Shown here one piece after another: positions 1 through 12,595 of a stretch of DNA of 64,000 nt. The position numbers were made by a program, and so were the translations under genes. This stretch comes from Lama glama (Eukaryota). Location of the stretch: contig CM052816.1 of NCBI GenBank assembly GCA_028534125.1, positions 82,214,001 to 82,278,000 of the forward strand, read 5' to 3'. How positions within the stretch are numbered: the first letter of the stretch is position 1; each line of letters starts with the position of its first letter. The notes below the pieces were generated by a model. It was not told the origin of the DNA and did not search any database. It saw only the letters and a list, made by a program, of their open reading frames with translations.

Positions 1-339
1 CCTGCACAATTTTGGGATTGGGTTGTTTATTTTTTTGTTATTGGGTTGTATGAGCTGTTTGTACATTCTGGAAGTTAAGCCCTTGTCAGTCTCATCTTTT
101 GCAAGTATTTTCTCCCATTCTATAAGCTGTCTTTTTGTTTTGTTTATAGTTTCTTTTGCTGTGCAAAAGCTTATGTTTAATTAGATCCCATTTTTTTATT
201 TTTGTTTTTATTTCTGTTGCCTCGGTAAACTGCCCTAGGAGAACATTGCTGCGATTTATATCAGAGAATGTTTGCCTATGTTTTCTTCTAGGAGGTTTAT
301 GGTGTCTTGTCTTATGTTTAAGTCTTTAAGCTATTTTGA
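1..339 (-). mobile_element. LINE-1 fragment (ORF2 3' region), runs off window start
   Basis: Antisense L1 ORF2 signatures, e.g. TTTCTTTTGCTGTGCAAAAGCTT, TTTGCCTATGTTTTCTTCTAGGAG, CTTATGTTTAAGTCTTTAAG; recalled consensus. Confidence 0.9.
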
Positions 340-1204
340 TCACTGGATATTGAACTGCTTTACTCAGAGAATGTGTTCATTTTTGAATAGATCAGGAGAA
401 CAGTTTTGGTGTTAAAGATACAAGAAAATGAGGCATTGGGGAAAGACAGTTGGAAGGGTTAAGGAGGGGATTCAGGATGGATCAATGCCTGGGACTTTGA
501 AGGCTTTCATCCTTATGCTTCAAGTATCATTCTCACCTTTAATAGCCAAATAGTGATTCCAGCTTCCATGCTGTGCACTGATAGGGATTCTGAATATCCT
601 GATATATTCAGACCTGGTCAGGGTGTCCGCACCTGAGTAAGAGAGATCATACTTCTCCTTCATGGGTCCTTACCGCATTCTGGCTTCCTCTAACTGTCAC
701 TGTTGGCTCCTGAGGCTCTGTTTGCTTTCCTACGCTATCACCCCACACTGAACACCACCTCTCTTTTCCTGCCTCAGGTATCACCAATGCAATCCTGCTA
801 TGGGCAGCAGGCTTTTACTATAGTTTTAGACCCTTAAGATGTTTTCCTAAATGCTAGAGCCCTCTGTCCTGGAGATTAATTACATGTTTGCAGTAGGAAT
901 TGGTTAAATGTCTTTCTTATTCTCTCCATTGCATAATACTGGATTAGGTCAAGACTGGGGAAGGGTCAAGGTATTGTTGGAATCTTTATTCTATCATGAG
1001 ATCTTTCTTTGTTCCCAGAGGCCACTCTCTGGGCTAGGTTAATTTTGATACCAAATGGACCTTTACTTGGGACGTAGTAGGGAGCCAACAGGACCTCAAA
1101 GAAAGGATAGAGTTGAACACAATGAAAAAAGGAGAAGCTAGTCTAAACTTCCTCCTGGAGCTCTGGACTTAGAATGAATAACAGTGATCTACTCTAACCT
1201 GCTC

Positions 1205-1325
1205 TTAATACAGATGAGGAAACTGAGGCCCCAAGAATTAAGGTGACTTGCCCAAAGCCATTTGATTAATCAACATAGATCTGAGACTGGAATTCAGGCC
1301 TTCTAGCCATCAACCTCGTGATGTT
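1205..1325 (-). mobile_element. MIR SINE fragment
   Basis: ACAGATGAGGAAACTGAGGC...GTGACTTGCCCAA is the reverse complement of the MIR core. Confidence 0.85.
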
Positions 1326-1339
1326 TCCATTAGCATGTG

Positions 1340-1574
1340 CAGTGGAACCTTGAACAACACAGGTTTCAACTACATGGGTCCACTTATACGCAGATTTCTT
1401 TTCAGTGGTAAACACTGCAGTACTACATGATCCACTGTTAGTTGAATCCATAAACGCTGAACAGCAGATGCGAAGGAACTGGGGATACGGAGGACTGACT
1501 GTAAGTTATACACGGGTTTTTGATTGCAAAGAGGGTCAGCGCCCCTAACCCTCAAGTTGTTCAAGGATAAATTG
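1340..1574. mobile_element. Tigger2-family MITE (MER8-like), complete
   Basis: TIRs CAGTGGAACCTTGAACAAC and GTTGTTCAAGGATAAATTG followed by TA; 235 bp; internal GGGTCCACTTATACGCAGATT typical of Tigger2 ends. Confidence 0.85.
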
Positions 1575-4089
1575 TACTTTAGTTCTTCTAGGAGGTATTA
1601 GACTATCTAATACATCATTAATTAATAAAAATAGTGTGGAGCAGAAATGCATATTAGTATAGCAAGATGATTAACAATCTCAAGGGTTTGAGATTACCTC
1701 TTTTGGGGAATTTTGCTACCTTTTATTTTCTCTAGTTCACAAAATTTAGTAGCGTTCTTGTTTTTTTAAAACAGAATATTGTATTTAAGGAAGTGCTTTT
1801 CAACATGAGAAAATTCTGAGAAGATTCTAATACTAATAGACAATAGAGTTCATTTTCCAAGTGGTTGAATAATAATCTGTCAGGGGCAAAATAATAGGGA
1901 CCTGATGATATTAATGCTTACTTTTCTTGAGCAAGTATTTTCACGTTATATATATCTCCTCTCACTGTTGGCAAAGATCAAAGGACCAATAATACTCAAG
2001 AGACGACTTCAAAAGGCAAGTGAGCATTTTCGACCAAGTTTTATCTCTTTGCATATAGGCAACTACACAGCAAGAACCACAGCAAAGGGATTCACCAAGT
2101 GAGAGGAAAGAACATTTGAAGCAGGAGAGAAATAATTTCCTAGCAAGAAGGGCTATGTGATGATGGTTCAGCTGGTGATCTGTTATGCCTGTTAAGAGGC
2201 CAAAGAGAACTGTAGATCTCTGAGGTCCATGGGGGCAAAGGCAAGGGAATAAGATGAAGGGAACACTAGAATAAATGAAGTGCCTTAACAGCTGAAAAAG
2301 GCTGATGGATGTGCTCTGCGCCTCAGAAGACACAGCTCCCAGCAGGAGAATAAAGAGTGCAGCAGAGCAGAGCCTGCTAGAACCACACAGTTAGGGAACT
2401 GATCCTCTCATAACCTCCCATTTCAGGAGTTTATAATGTGCTATAAAAACCCCCTGTCTGTAGACTGAAACTTGGCACAACCACACTTAACTGCATTTTA
2501 CTGCCATTGTTCAAATCCCCAATTTGCTGTTACTTTCACTTAAATAAGGCTGGATCTGTTTTCAGCTTTGCAGGTGCCAAGATGTTGCATAAAAATTTTC
2601 CGTAGAGAATGGATTTGATTTTCAGAATACAGAAACTGGATTTCAATTCTTAAATTGAAATGCTGGACTAGGCACCAAGGACATTTTGATTAAATCATGC
2701 CTATGTTCAGGCTATTAATTCCAACTCAAATGGTTTCTGTAGATATAGAAAAGCACTTGAAAAGCAGAGATATTGTCTCCAATGGGTGAAGGTCATCCAA
2801 TAGCTAACTCTCCTTAGCCTTCATAACAGAATCCTGGGAAGCTTTTACTTTTCACACATATTGGCAGTTCCATTTACTATCAGTCAAGAGGAAATAAAAT
2901 ATTTTATTTTATAGAAGAGTCTACTGATACTTTTAAAAATAGATCCAATTTTAGACATAGTACTTACATGTGTATTTCAAATGTTGCAACCAACAGTCAT
3001 GAGTCTTCTTACACCTTTACCTGACACAGTTTTATTTCAGTGGTTGGTTACCGGTCATGACCTATCCATTCTATACTTACTGACTAGAATTCCAGTTAAA
3101 TCAAATGACCGAGCATGGTCAAATTCAGAGTCAGAAATAAAACCCAGGTCATTATATCTCTACTTCATTCTCTATAATCAGAATCAATTATAATGAATGA
3201 ATGATCATTATTTCTTCACTAATTTCCAAGTAACAGTCTTTTCCTAGGTACGTAGGGTATTCTACAAAGTATAGAAAAAACAGACTACCATCATAAAGTG
3301 TAATAAATTGAAGTAAAGGAAAAATGCACAACTATTTACAGAACCAAAAGCCTAATTAAGCAATTTACAATATTTTATATTTACTCACATCTGTTCTTGA
3401 AGAAAGGGTCACTTAAAAAACCCCGCTGTTCTAGCTAATTATTTTCGACGTGAATTGCTATTTGCTCTTGACTCTATTGGTGTATTTATTTTCAAGTAGA
3501 AGCCCAGCTTCAAACTGATATTTTCAATTCAAAGGTCACAATAATCTCCTCCTGTTTTTTGAAGAACTAGTAGACTAAATATGCTCTTCTAAGGGAGAAA
3601 AATTTTTGCACAATGGGTGAACAAAACCTTATACTTTTCCAAGTTTAAGCTACACATTGTATTTTTCTTTCTGTTGTCACTAGGGCCATTAATGTGAACG
3701 ATTAAAAAGCCCCCTTACCTTTAACTATACTTTATTATTTTAACAACTCAAAATTGAGAATTCTGGAAATAGACTAAGAACAAAAGAAGGATCTCACTTG
3801 TGCATGAATTCGTTGTAAGCATTTTGTTTCTGTTTTTAGGGCTGAACTCTTCTACTTTGATTTTCTGAATTATGGGATGCTGCATTGCTTTTTCCTTGGA
3901 ACCCTTTTTGGGTTCTTTTTGTACATTTTGAGCTATGTAAGTCAGTTGGTGAAGTGATTAGGGTGTATCTGGTCTGCAGTTGTTTCTGTTCATTTTTCTG
4001 AAGTATTTTGAATAATAAAGTTCTAATTGGGATCTGTTTGTTTATAGTGCTTGAAACTTGGAACATTTAAATGGTCATGTTATCTAGCC

Positions 4090-4460
4090 TGGGCGATGGC
4101 TTCCTGGAGGAATGCTTTGAGTTGAGTCTTTAAAAATCAGTATGAGCTGCCAAATGCGTGTTTTTTTTGCACATCAATTCCAGGCAGAAGGAACTGTGAA
4201 CGAAAGATTCCGAGATAAGAAAATATAGTGTATTCATAAAATTTAGTGCATCTGGAATGTAGGGTACATATATATATGTGGAGGGAAGGGGGATTGTGCA
4301 GAGGAGAAAGGTAGGAGGTGAAGTCTGGCAGGTGAGTAGGCTCCGGATGTATAATGGCTTTGCCAAGGGGATGAGAAAGGAAGAAAATCTCTACAAGATT
4401 TTAGACAGGTAACCAATTGCATATGGTTAGACCAACTACTTAACATGCTGCCTGGAAGCC
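4090..4460 (-). mobile_element. LINE-2 fragment
   Basis: GGCTTCCTGGAGGA...TTTGAGTTGAGTCTT...ATTCCAGGCAGAAGGAAC matches the antisense L2 3' region. Confidence 0.65.
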
Positions 4461-4945
4461 CTTTGAGATCTTTAGAATTCATTAATATACCACCTAGCGG
4501 GCTGCTCTCCAGGCTTCATAAATGGACAGTCTTTCAACCAAATGGAGCAATTTCCTGAGCTTCCCAGTGGCAAGGCTCATCTTTTCTAGGCACAATAAAT
4601 TGCTTTGGACCTTTCCTCACCTTCTTCCCTTCTATGCATTTTACAATGCCTGATTCTTTTCCAGATATTCCCATGAACTATTGTATTAATGGGTAAATCT
4701 AAATTAAAATTTTCCCTCCTTGTCACATATTTGCATTTGAGCCTGATTTCTCAGAAATAGCTTTCCTGGAGGGGATTTCAGGCCCCCTGCCGGACGTGAA
4801 GAGATGCGAGCTTTCAGTTCATCTCAAACTAGGCCATGTAAGTGACTGTCTATGCTGACTTCAAAGATGTTTGGTTTTGGTGCTTAATCTGGTCTGCCTA
4901 TGAGAGGCTCGCCATTATACCTTCTAAAACTAAACTGAGTCTGTG

Positions 4946-4948
<3 letters not shown>

Positions 4949-4984
<36 letters not shown>
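4949..4984. repeat. (GT)18 microsatellite
   Basis: Directly visible perfect dinucleotide run. Confidence 0.98.
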
Positions 4985-4986
<2 letters not shown>

Positions 4987-5310
4987 TTGGATTCAGCATA
5001 ATGGTGTATGTATGTTTTTTTTTTTCTTTTTAGTTTGTGCTTTCAAGAATCGACTAAGAAAGTTCTGTTATTTGATCCTGCTGATGTTCCCTTTCAGACA
5101 GCTGCCACCAGCACCGCTTGGCCACTTCCTTTTTATTTCCTATTCCCTTTTAACTGTCTAGCTTACTTTGATATGATTTCGTCTCTCTCTGTAATGGCAA
5201 TGAGAGAGGATGTTTTTTCCCAAGGCCATGGCATGATATGCCTTTTAATTCATTTTAGGCTTATTACCTTGCAAATGTAAAAATGAATTAGGGCTCTGTT
5301 TGCGCTGGCC

Positions 5311-5331
5311 AAGCATGTTTTAGACATGTTG
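5311..5331. promoter_or_regulatory. Candidate p53/p63-family response element (1-nt spacer)
   Basis: AAGCATGTTT (10/10 to RRRCWWGYYY) + T + AGACATGTTG (9/10). Confidence 0.4.
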
Positions 5332-5399
5332 GAAGGTGAAAGTGCGTATTAGACCACTTGAATGCTTGACAGCCCCTTTCTGTGACAGAATTGGTCATT

Positions 5400-5580
5400 A
5401 GAGGTTTGGTTCCTGGGCCTGCCACTTTCTGCCTTGTGACTTTGGATAACCCATATAATCTGTCTGCTCACTGCCTCCTCCTTTATAAAGTAAAAAAGAA
5501 TACAATTTTACCTTCCTGAACACCCAGGGATGCAGTGAGCTTTCAGATCAGGTGGGAAAGTTGCTTTGAATGCCATGAAT
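5400..5580 (+). mobile_element. MIR-family SINE, degraded
   Basis: CCTGCCACTTTCTGCCTTGTGACTTTGGATAA...TTTATAAAGT resembles the MIR core in sense orientation. Confidence 0.6.
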
Positions 5581-7532
5581 TCCGTGCAAGAATGCTTTTA
5601 AAATGGCTTAATACAAAAATGTTAAATACAGAACATATTTTGCTTTAGAAAACAATGTGTGTTTTTTAGAAATAATATTTTCATTGCACAATTGCAGTTA
5701 AAATTTTTTTTTTACTGTGACTTTTGGATCTTATTTTAACACATGATTTAACAATATGCTGTGCTTTTGACAGCATTATAACCTTTCCCTAGAAATCTGT
5801 AGGGCTGTGCTGTTAATTTGAACCTAGGGAGTGAATCTGGCCCCTAGTGAATATTGCCACCCCTGGAACCTGATGTCTTATTAGCAATACACACAATAAA
5901 AGTCACAGATAATGCTACTATGTTGTGGAGCAACTCTTTCCAGTAGAGTATAGTGCCTATTTTGCAATGCATTTCTTCGTCTTTCCCTCTTGGTTGCACT
6001 CAGCTGCTGGCTGACCTATTGGTAATTCCAAGATAGGATATGTTACTCTATAACTTTAGGGAAAGAAAACCTTTGCAATTACTACAGAGACCATACATTT
6101 ATATTAAGTAATACACATAATTAAGTACCCTTATATTCATATTTGTAATTCTTTGTTACTATACATTTCCAGTTCTTCCCTAGTGGAATGGTTGCATTTT
6201 GCCACTATTTCTTTCAAAGGAGAGGGAGCATATGGTCAGCTCCCTAGATTTGAAAATTCAGACCATATATACCCACTAATGAAATGATTTTGAAATTATG
6301 GGAATTGCTTCTCTCTCTCTAAAGACTAAAACTGTGATTCCCAACTCCAGTTTCATCACCCTCCAGGGTAGCTCCAATCATCCCAAAAAGTGGCATGAAA
6401 ATTTTAAGACAAAATTAATTTTCACTAATTTTAAATTAAAAACAAATGCATGCCAAACTGTGTTGTTAAAAAGGGTTATCATGATATCCAATAGATGCCA
6501 TTTTTAACCTGAAAGTATTCTTGTTGTGCACTATCCGAGAAATATATGAACCATATTTAGGGTGGCTCCATGGAAAAGAGCAGAATTCCATTATTCTAGA
6601 GAAACTTTTTTCTCCAGATTTTCTGATTAAAACTTGAAATAATTTCAGGACAATGTGAAGGAGGCAAAATTATAGTTTAAGGTTGACCCTTAGGTAAACC
6701 TCCATGCTAGCATGAAAAGTGTTTTGTTTCATAGTCCTTACACTTTATGTTTTTTGTCCATCAGTATATTTAGAGTTGCTATAGAATCCTTACCTGATGT
6801 CATTCTACCAGCTGTCTATTCGAAAATACTCAGAAGAAACATTCCCTTACTTCATTGCATCCTTACTATGCTTTTAAAATAATTATTGTGTCAATTAATT
6901 GGCCTTCAGTAGCAAGAACATTCTTTAGTAAGCATAGTAGTCTGGTCATCGACATTTTTCAATTATTTCTTCTCTTTTGATCCCACTGCTAAAGTTCAGC
7001 ATAGTTTCTTTTGAGCCCAAAGGCATGTTATTTCCTTTATGCTGTGCCTCATCTTAAATGGGAGTTCTCTGTCTCATGTTAAATGGGATCTTTTTTTTTC
7101 CTTTACTTAAAATATCTTTAGGATCATTTCAAGGTAATTTTTTAATCTTCTATTTACTGCCCTGTTTATTTGAAATCAAATGGTAAACAATTACTTTCTT
7201 TGACTCATGTATAATTTCTTCAGCAGTGAGGAAGACAGTAAGATTTAGATTCCACAATTGCTTAAAGTCATGTTAAGAGCAAATGATGGTGCTTTGATCA
7301 GTGGGGTCAGGCTTTGTCAGTATGAGTCTTAGTTAGCCATTTGGTAAGATCTGAAAAAATACTAGTAAATAAGATCACTATTCTACTGGACTTCAGCCTA
7401 CAAGATGCTAACTGAGACCCTGATGGATTAAACCCTGATGGATCTTCTAGCAGTACCTAACATTTCTATGCTGTATGTTTATAAAATGTGAAAATACATC
7501 TCATCATAAGGAGTAAAGAATGGGATGGGAAA

Positions 7533-9218
7533 AAAATGGACAGGGGACCCAAGTAGTCATTTTTTAAAAGATGACATACAGATTGCCAACAGGCACTTGA
7601 AAAGATGCTCAACCTCACTAATCATTAGGGAAATCAAATCAAAACCACAGTGAGATATCACCTCACACCTATTAGAGTGGCTATTATTAAAAAAAAAACC
7701 CACCAAATAACAAATGTTGGCAAGGATATGGAGAAAAGGGAACCCTCGTGCTCTGTTGGCTGAAAGGCAAATTGGTGCAGCTACTATGGGAAATGGTATA
7801 GGTATGGAGATTCCTCAAAAAATTAAACATAGAACTACTATATGATCCAGCAATTCTACTCCTGGATTTTTATTCAAAGAAAACAAAAACACTAATTAGA
7901 AAATATATATCCACCCCTATGTTCATTGCAGCATTATTTGCAATAGCCAAGATATGGGAGTGACTTAAGTGCCCATCAGTAGAGGAATGGATAAAGAAGA
8001 TGTTGTGTGTGTGTGTGTATGTGTGACAATTTGTGACAACATGGTTGGACCTGGAGGGTGTTATGCTTTATGAAATAAGTAAGACAAAGACAAATACCAT
8101 ATGAGTTCACTCATGTGGAATCTAAAGAAACAAAACAAATGAACAACATAACTAAATGGAAAGAGAGCCATAGAAACAGGGAAAAACACAAGTGGTTGCC
8201 ACAAGGGAGGGGGATGTGGGGGAGAGAAATAGGTGAGGGAGATTAAGAGGTACAAACTTTCAGTTACAAAATGAAGGAGTTATGAGTATGAAATGTACAG
8301 TGTGCAGAATAGAGTCAACAATTATGCATCTCTTTGTATGGTAACAGATGATAATGAGACTTATCACAATGATCACTTTGAAATGTATAGAAATACTGAA
8401 TCACCATGTTGCGTACCAGAAACTAACATAGTTTTGTAGGTCAGTTGTATTTCCAAAACAAACAAACGAACAAACAAACTCATAGAAAAAGAGATCAGAT
8501 CTGTGGTTACCAAAGGTGGGAGTCGGGTGAGGGAGAATTGTATAAAGGTAGTCAAAAGGTACAAGTTTCCAGTTGTAAGATAAATAAGTGGTAGGGATGT
8601 AAGGTACAACATGATAAATACAATTAATACTGCTGTGTGTTATATGTGAAAGTTGTTAAGAGAGTAAATCCTGAGGGTTCTCATCACAAGGAAAATACAT
8701 ATTTTTTCTTTTTTTAACTTTATTTATTTATGAGTTTATTTCATACTATCATATTTTTAAATTGAAGTATAGGTGATGTACAATATTATATGTTACAGGT
8801 ATACAATACAGTGATTCACAATTTTTAAAGGTTATACTCCATGTATAGTTGTTATAGAATATTGGCTATTATTCCCCATGTTGTACAATACATCCTTGCA
8901 GCTTATTTTGTACCTGATAGTTTGTACCTCTTAATCTTCCACCTCCATCTCACCCCTCCCCCTTCCCTCTTCCCACTGGTAACCACTATTTCCTGCCCTA
9001 CATCTGTGAGTCTGTTTCTTTTCTATTATATTCACTAGTTTGTTGGGAAAATGCATACTTTTTCTATTTAATTTTATATCTGTATGAGATGATGGGTGTT
9101 CACTAAACTTATGTGGCAATCACTGCATGATGCATGCTAGTCAAAGCATTATGCTGTACACATTAAACTTATACAGGGCTGTGTGTCAGTTATATCTCAG
9201 TAAAACTGGAAGAAAAAG
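7533..9218 (+). mobile_element. 5'-truncated LINE-1 (end of ORF2 + 3'UTR, L1MA9/laurasiatherian type) with 17-bp TSD
   Basis: ORF2 C-terminal signatures (AAAACCACAGTGAGATATCACCTCACACC, GGAGAAAAGGGAACCCTCG) and 3'UTR; flanks AAGAATGGGATGGGAAA (7516-7532) and AAGAATGGGATAGGAAA (9219-9235). Confidence 0.92.
8710..9045 (-). mobile_element. Antisense L1 3'-end fragment nested in the L1 above, 20-bp TSD
   Basis: T-rich tail then ATTGAAGTATAGGTGATGTACAATATT...; flanks GGAAAATACATATTTTTTCT (8690-8709) and GGAAAATGCATACTTTTTCT (9046-9065). Confidence 0.88.
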
Positions 9219-9519
9219 AAGAATGGGATAGGAAAGGATAAATATTCTTTGTATATACTGAAATTTTGTCATCCCAATTTTGTTATTATTATCAGGATTA
9301 CTTGATATAAATATCCAGATATAATTGAAATTTAATTTAGTACCATGAAGAGATACAACAGATATTTCTGTTCTATGAAAAGGATTCATTGTATATGAAA
9401 TGTGGATGATGATTTGACCCCCTTTGTAGTTTAGATTTTTAAAAGCAATGGATGTTGAAAAGGAAGGCAAATGATGTGTGTGGCAGAGACACCTAGCTGA
9501 ACAGTCTGAGGGCCTGATC

Positions 9520-9915
9520 CGGTGTAGAGACAATGTTGGAACAGTGACTGCTCCGCCAGCAACTGCATTTCCCAGCTTCTTTCCCCTTGTAGGCAGGGCT
9601 GTATGACTAGTTCTCACTGATGGAATATACAGATAAGTGGCTTCCAGACCAGTGTGATTAAAATACTGGTGAATTTGGGCCATAGTTTCTTTCACCATCC
9701 TTCAGCTGAACGAAGAGAACTCCCAGGACCAAGAAGAGGGCAGAGCCTGAAGGAAGATTGAAGCAGCATGGGCCCAGAGTGACCGTGTGGATGGCTGACC
9801 AACCTAGAACACCTTGGCAGATTCTGTTGTGAAAAGTAAACTTTTATTGTGTTAAGCCATAGAGAAACTGGGACTTAACCTATTACAGCAACTTGCACTT
9901 ACCTTGATAAATATA
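9520..9915 (+). mobile_element. MaLR LTR (MLT1-type, old subfamily)
   Basis: TTCCCAGCTTC...GTATGACTAGTTCT...ATGGAAT and 3' end TAAACTTTTATTGTGTTAAGCCA...ATTACAGCA. Confidence 0.7.
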
Positions 9916-11179
9916 GTATGAAAAATACCATATTCTAGTTATGGAAAACTCAGCACAAACCATGTGCAGAATATCAACAGCAGTAGGAATCAAGTTGAAT
10001 ATAAGCTTCATGTATCTCTTTTAATATTAGAAAATGATGCCCTTCTTTCTAATTTCATTGATCATCTTTCTGACTGGTAGTATTATCTGAAAGGTTTCAA
10101 TGAACCTGCTGAAAAGCTAAGACTTTTGAAGGACAGTTTACTTTAAAGGATTATAGTGCAATGGGTTATCCAAGTGTGTTTATTTATATAATATATCCAG
10201 AACCACAACATGGTTCAAATGCACAGCATGTAAATGTTTGCCTGTGGCCATATATTAGCATTAACGATTTGGAAACAGTACAGCAAAATGCATTACAATA
10301 TTCTTATCATGAGTAATTAAGATTGTTCACATGTCATAAAAACTAGGAGTGACAGTGCACTAGACATTGATACTTGATGGAGAAAAGGATTTAACATGCT
10401 CCAGCATTCTAAAGTTCACCATCCTCTACCACGGACATTTCTCTTTCTCTCTCTTCTCTTTACTTCTCTTGTATAATTCCATGGATACTTGACAAGACTG
10501 CAGATTCCAAAATGTTCCAACTGAAATGTGACATGATAGTAAAAATTAAGAATCCTAATTCTTATTTTATTTAACTGCTCAGTTCTGAAAGCTTTAGAAT
10601 ATATTTTTACTTTAAATACTACATCAGGAAAATTTTTATGTTGATCACAGATGGGACTATCATATTTATAACTCAACGTAATTCAGTCATTACTTTGGGG
10701 ACAGAAAGTCCTCCAGGGAGAGTCACACATTTACATGATATATCCAGTGTTCAGCTCTGTGTTTGTAACTCTGTTTCAACCAAGAGATGTGTAAAATCAC
10801 AAATGACTGGTCAACTCCCTCTTGGATGCAACTGAGAAAACTTATGAATTCCATTTTCCACTTATTAAAATTTAATGCTCTAATATTAATAGAGGCTGTG
10901 AACTAGGTTCTTGCTAAGATTTTTAGATGAGAATTTGAAATGGGGCCAGACTTGGCTGGTACCCAGCAATATTCTGACATTGAATCTTCTGTCCTCTTTT
11001 TATCTCTGTTCTGCCTGCTTTTCCCTCTCAAACTTCACCGTACTTTTTCCCCTCTATATCCCTCTTACATCCTCTCTTGGTGACCAGTCTTTACTTTGTT
11101 GGGGATTCTGTTTTCTGTGGTCTCAGAAGAAGACAGTTTATACTCTAGGTCATATCTTCCTGCTCCACTCGCATGCCTC

Positions 11180-11370
11180 TATCACAAATTCTTGCCTGGA
11201 TTACTTCAATAGCCCTTTTAACTGGTCTTCCTAAATGCAATCTTCCTTCTTTTTAATTGGTTCTCAGATTGCATCCAGAATGATGTTCTAGAAACGCAGA
11301 TCTGTTTAAGGTTATCCCTGCTTGTAAGCTTTCAGTGTCCTTCCATTTCTCTCAGGATGAAGTCCAACTA
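11180..11370 (+). mobile_element. LINE-2 fragment
   Basis: CTTGCCTGGATTACTTCAATAGCC...AACTGGTCTTCCT...CTCAGGATGAAGTCCAA typical of L2. Confidence 0.75.
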
Positions 11371-11404
11371 AGATGAACCAGTTTTATATCTTAGTTTTGT
11401 TACA

Positions 11405-12045
11405 CAGTTAATTCATATTATTTGTGGTAGTTATGTTCTGTAAGGCTGCTGTGAACACTGAGTTAGGGAATACTGAACCATTGCTCCTAGGGCCAGTACA
11501 GGGTGAGGTTCCTGTGAGCCTCTGGTCACATTTTCATCAACAGATCAATACATAACCTTGTTTTGTGTATATTTCTGTTTAAAGACATCTTAATATGTAT
11601 TATTGATTCATTAACATTGAACTCCTGGCCAGTGGCATTATACGTCATGCCTAAATGAAGCTTACTTATCTAACACATTTTCTCTATAGGGTGCATCACA
11701 GCCTTCTGGCACTAGACGCTAGTTATCATTTCCGCACTATTCTGAGGGCCATTTTAAACTAGTGAAATCACCGACAAGAGGTACAAAATTTGAAAAACAT
11801 GGCACTAAATAGACTGGGAAAGGGACACTTTATAGCATGAGAGCCAAAATGAAAAGACACAGTGTCATCTTCTTTGACCTCAGCTGGAAGTGGGCTCACA
11901 TTGGGTGACTCAGAATTTTCACTGCTCTACACATGTCTGTGCATGACTACAAAAGTACTGTGAGTATTGATTTTGGGGTTACAAATAAATTTTAGTGAGT
12001 AGGAAAATTTGCAAATAAGGTCTCTGTGAGTAATAGGATCACCTG
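11405..12045 (-). mobile_element. MER82-like Tigger DNA transposon, near full length
   Basis: Ends CAGTTAATTCATATTATT and TAATAGGATCACCTG form imperfect TIRs; internal GATTTTGGGGTTACAAATAAATTTTAG and GACCTCAGCTGGAA match recalled MER82; 641 bp. Confidence 0.85.
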
Positions 12046-12209
12046 TCCATGAAAAGGAATAAGTTTATAACAGATGCTCTTGATTTCCTATACTCCATGT
12101 ACACCTTGTGCTTTGCTGGCCGATTTCTGATTTCGAAGGAGCTGTGTTTACTGTTCCCTATGTGGTCATGTGTTCTGAGAGGAGGCCCTGAACTGCTGCT
12201 AACTCATGC

Positions 12210-12595
12210 CAGTGAAAGGTTTATGGGTGGGCATGTGACCCTCTGTAGCTAAAGAGATGCGGGGGGACGGGGCGGCGGTATGTGAGCTGCAAATTTTCTG
12301 GGAGAGATTTCCCTGCTTATGAGAAGACATACAGAAGTGATAACTCTCCTCCTTTTCTGTTGAAAGATATTTTGCCTGCTTGGAGCAGCAGACAACAGGG
12401 ATGGCCTCTAAAACCATGAAGACAGGGTAGATATGCTGAGTATGGCTCAAAGAAAGTTTGAACAGAATCTAAGTTTTGAGGATATTGGTGAGCAAGTAAA
12501 TGAACCAACAAAGCCTCCTTTATAAGCTGGTAAGCCTTTGTGCCAGTTTGAGTAGGTTTTGCTTGCTAGTTATGTGCAACCTAAAACATCCTGGT
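12210..12595 (+). mobile_element. Old ERVL/MaLR-class LTR (LTR16-like), degraded
   Basis: TTCTGGGAGAGATTTCCCTGC...GCTGAGTATGGC...GCCAGTTTGAGTAGGTTTT...TGCAACCTAAAACATCCT resembles old ERVL-class LTR 3' halves. Confidence 0.5.

Noticed and set aside
1980..2430. Purine-rich unique stretch that reminded me of a human lncRNA exon (CDKN2B-AS1/ANRIL)
   Set aside because: The resemblance is from memory only, and I could not find other sequences I associate with that locus further along the window. Locus identity needs a BLAT search, so no gene symbol is assigned.
4486..4505. CTCF-like motif (minus strand CCGCTAGGTGGTAT); similar partial matches near 5836-5850 and 26597-26610
   Set aside because: Each has two or three mismatches at informative positions and cannot be told from background without a PWM scan or ChIP data.
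7417..7443. 12-bp direct repeat ACCCTGATGGAT x2; similar small duplications or palindromes near 21758 and 52268
   Set aside because: These are simple local slippage or chance events, with no array structure and nothing CRISPR-like.
8130..9218. Apparent tandem double 3'UTR in the L1 as a novel chimera
   Set aside because: As I recall, this two-part 3'UTR is a standard feature of this laurasiatherian L1 lineage.
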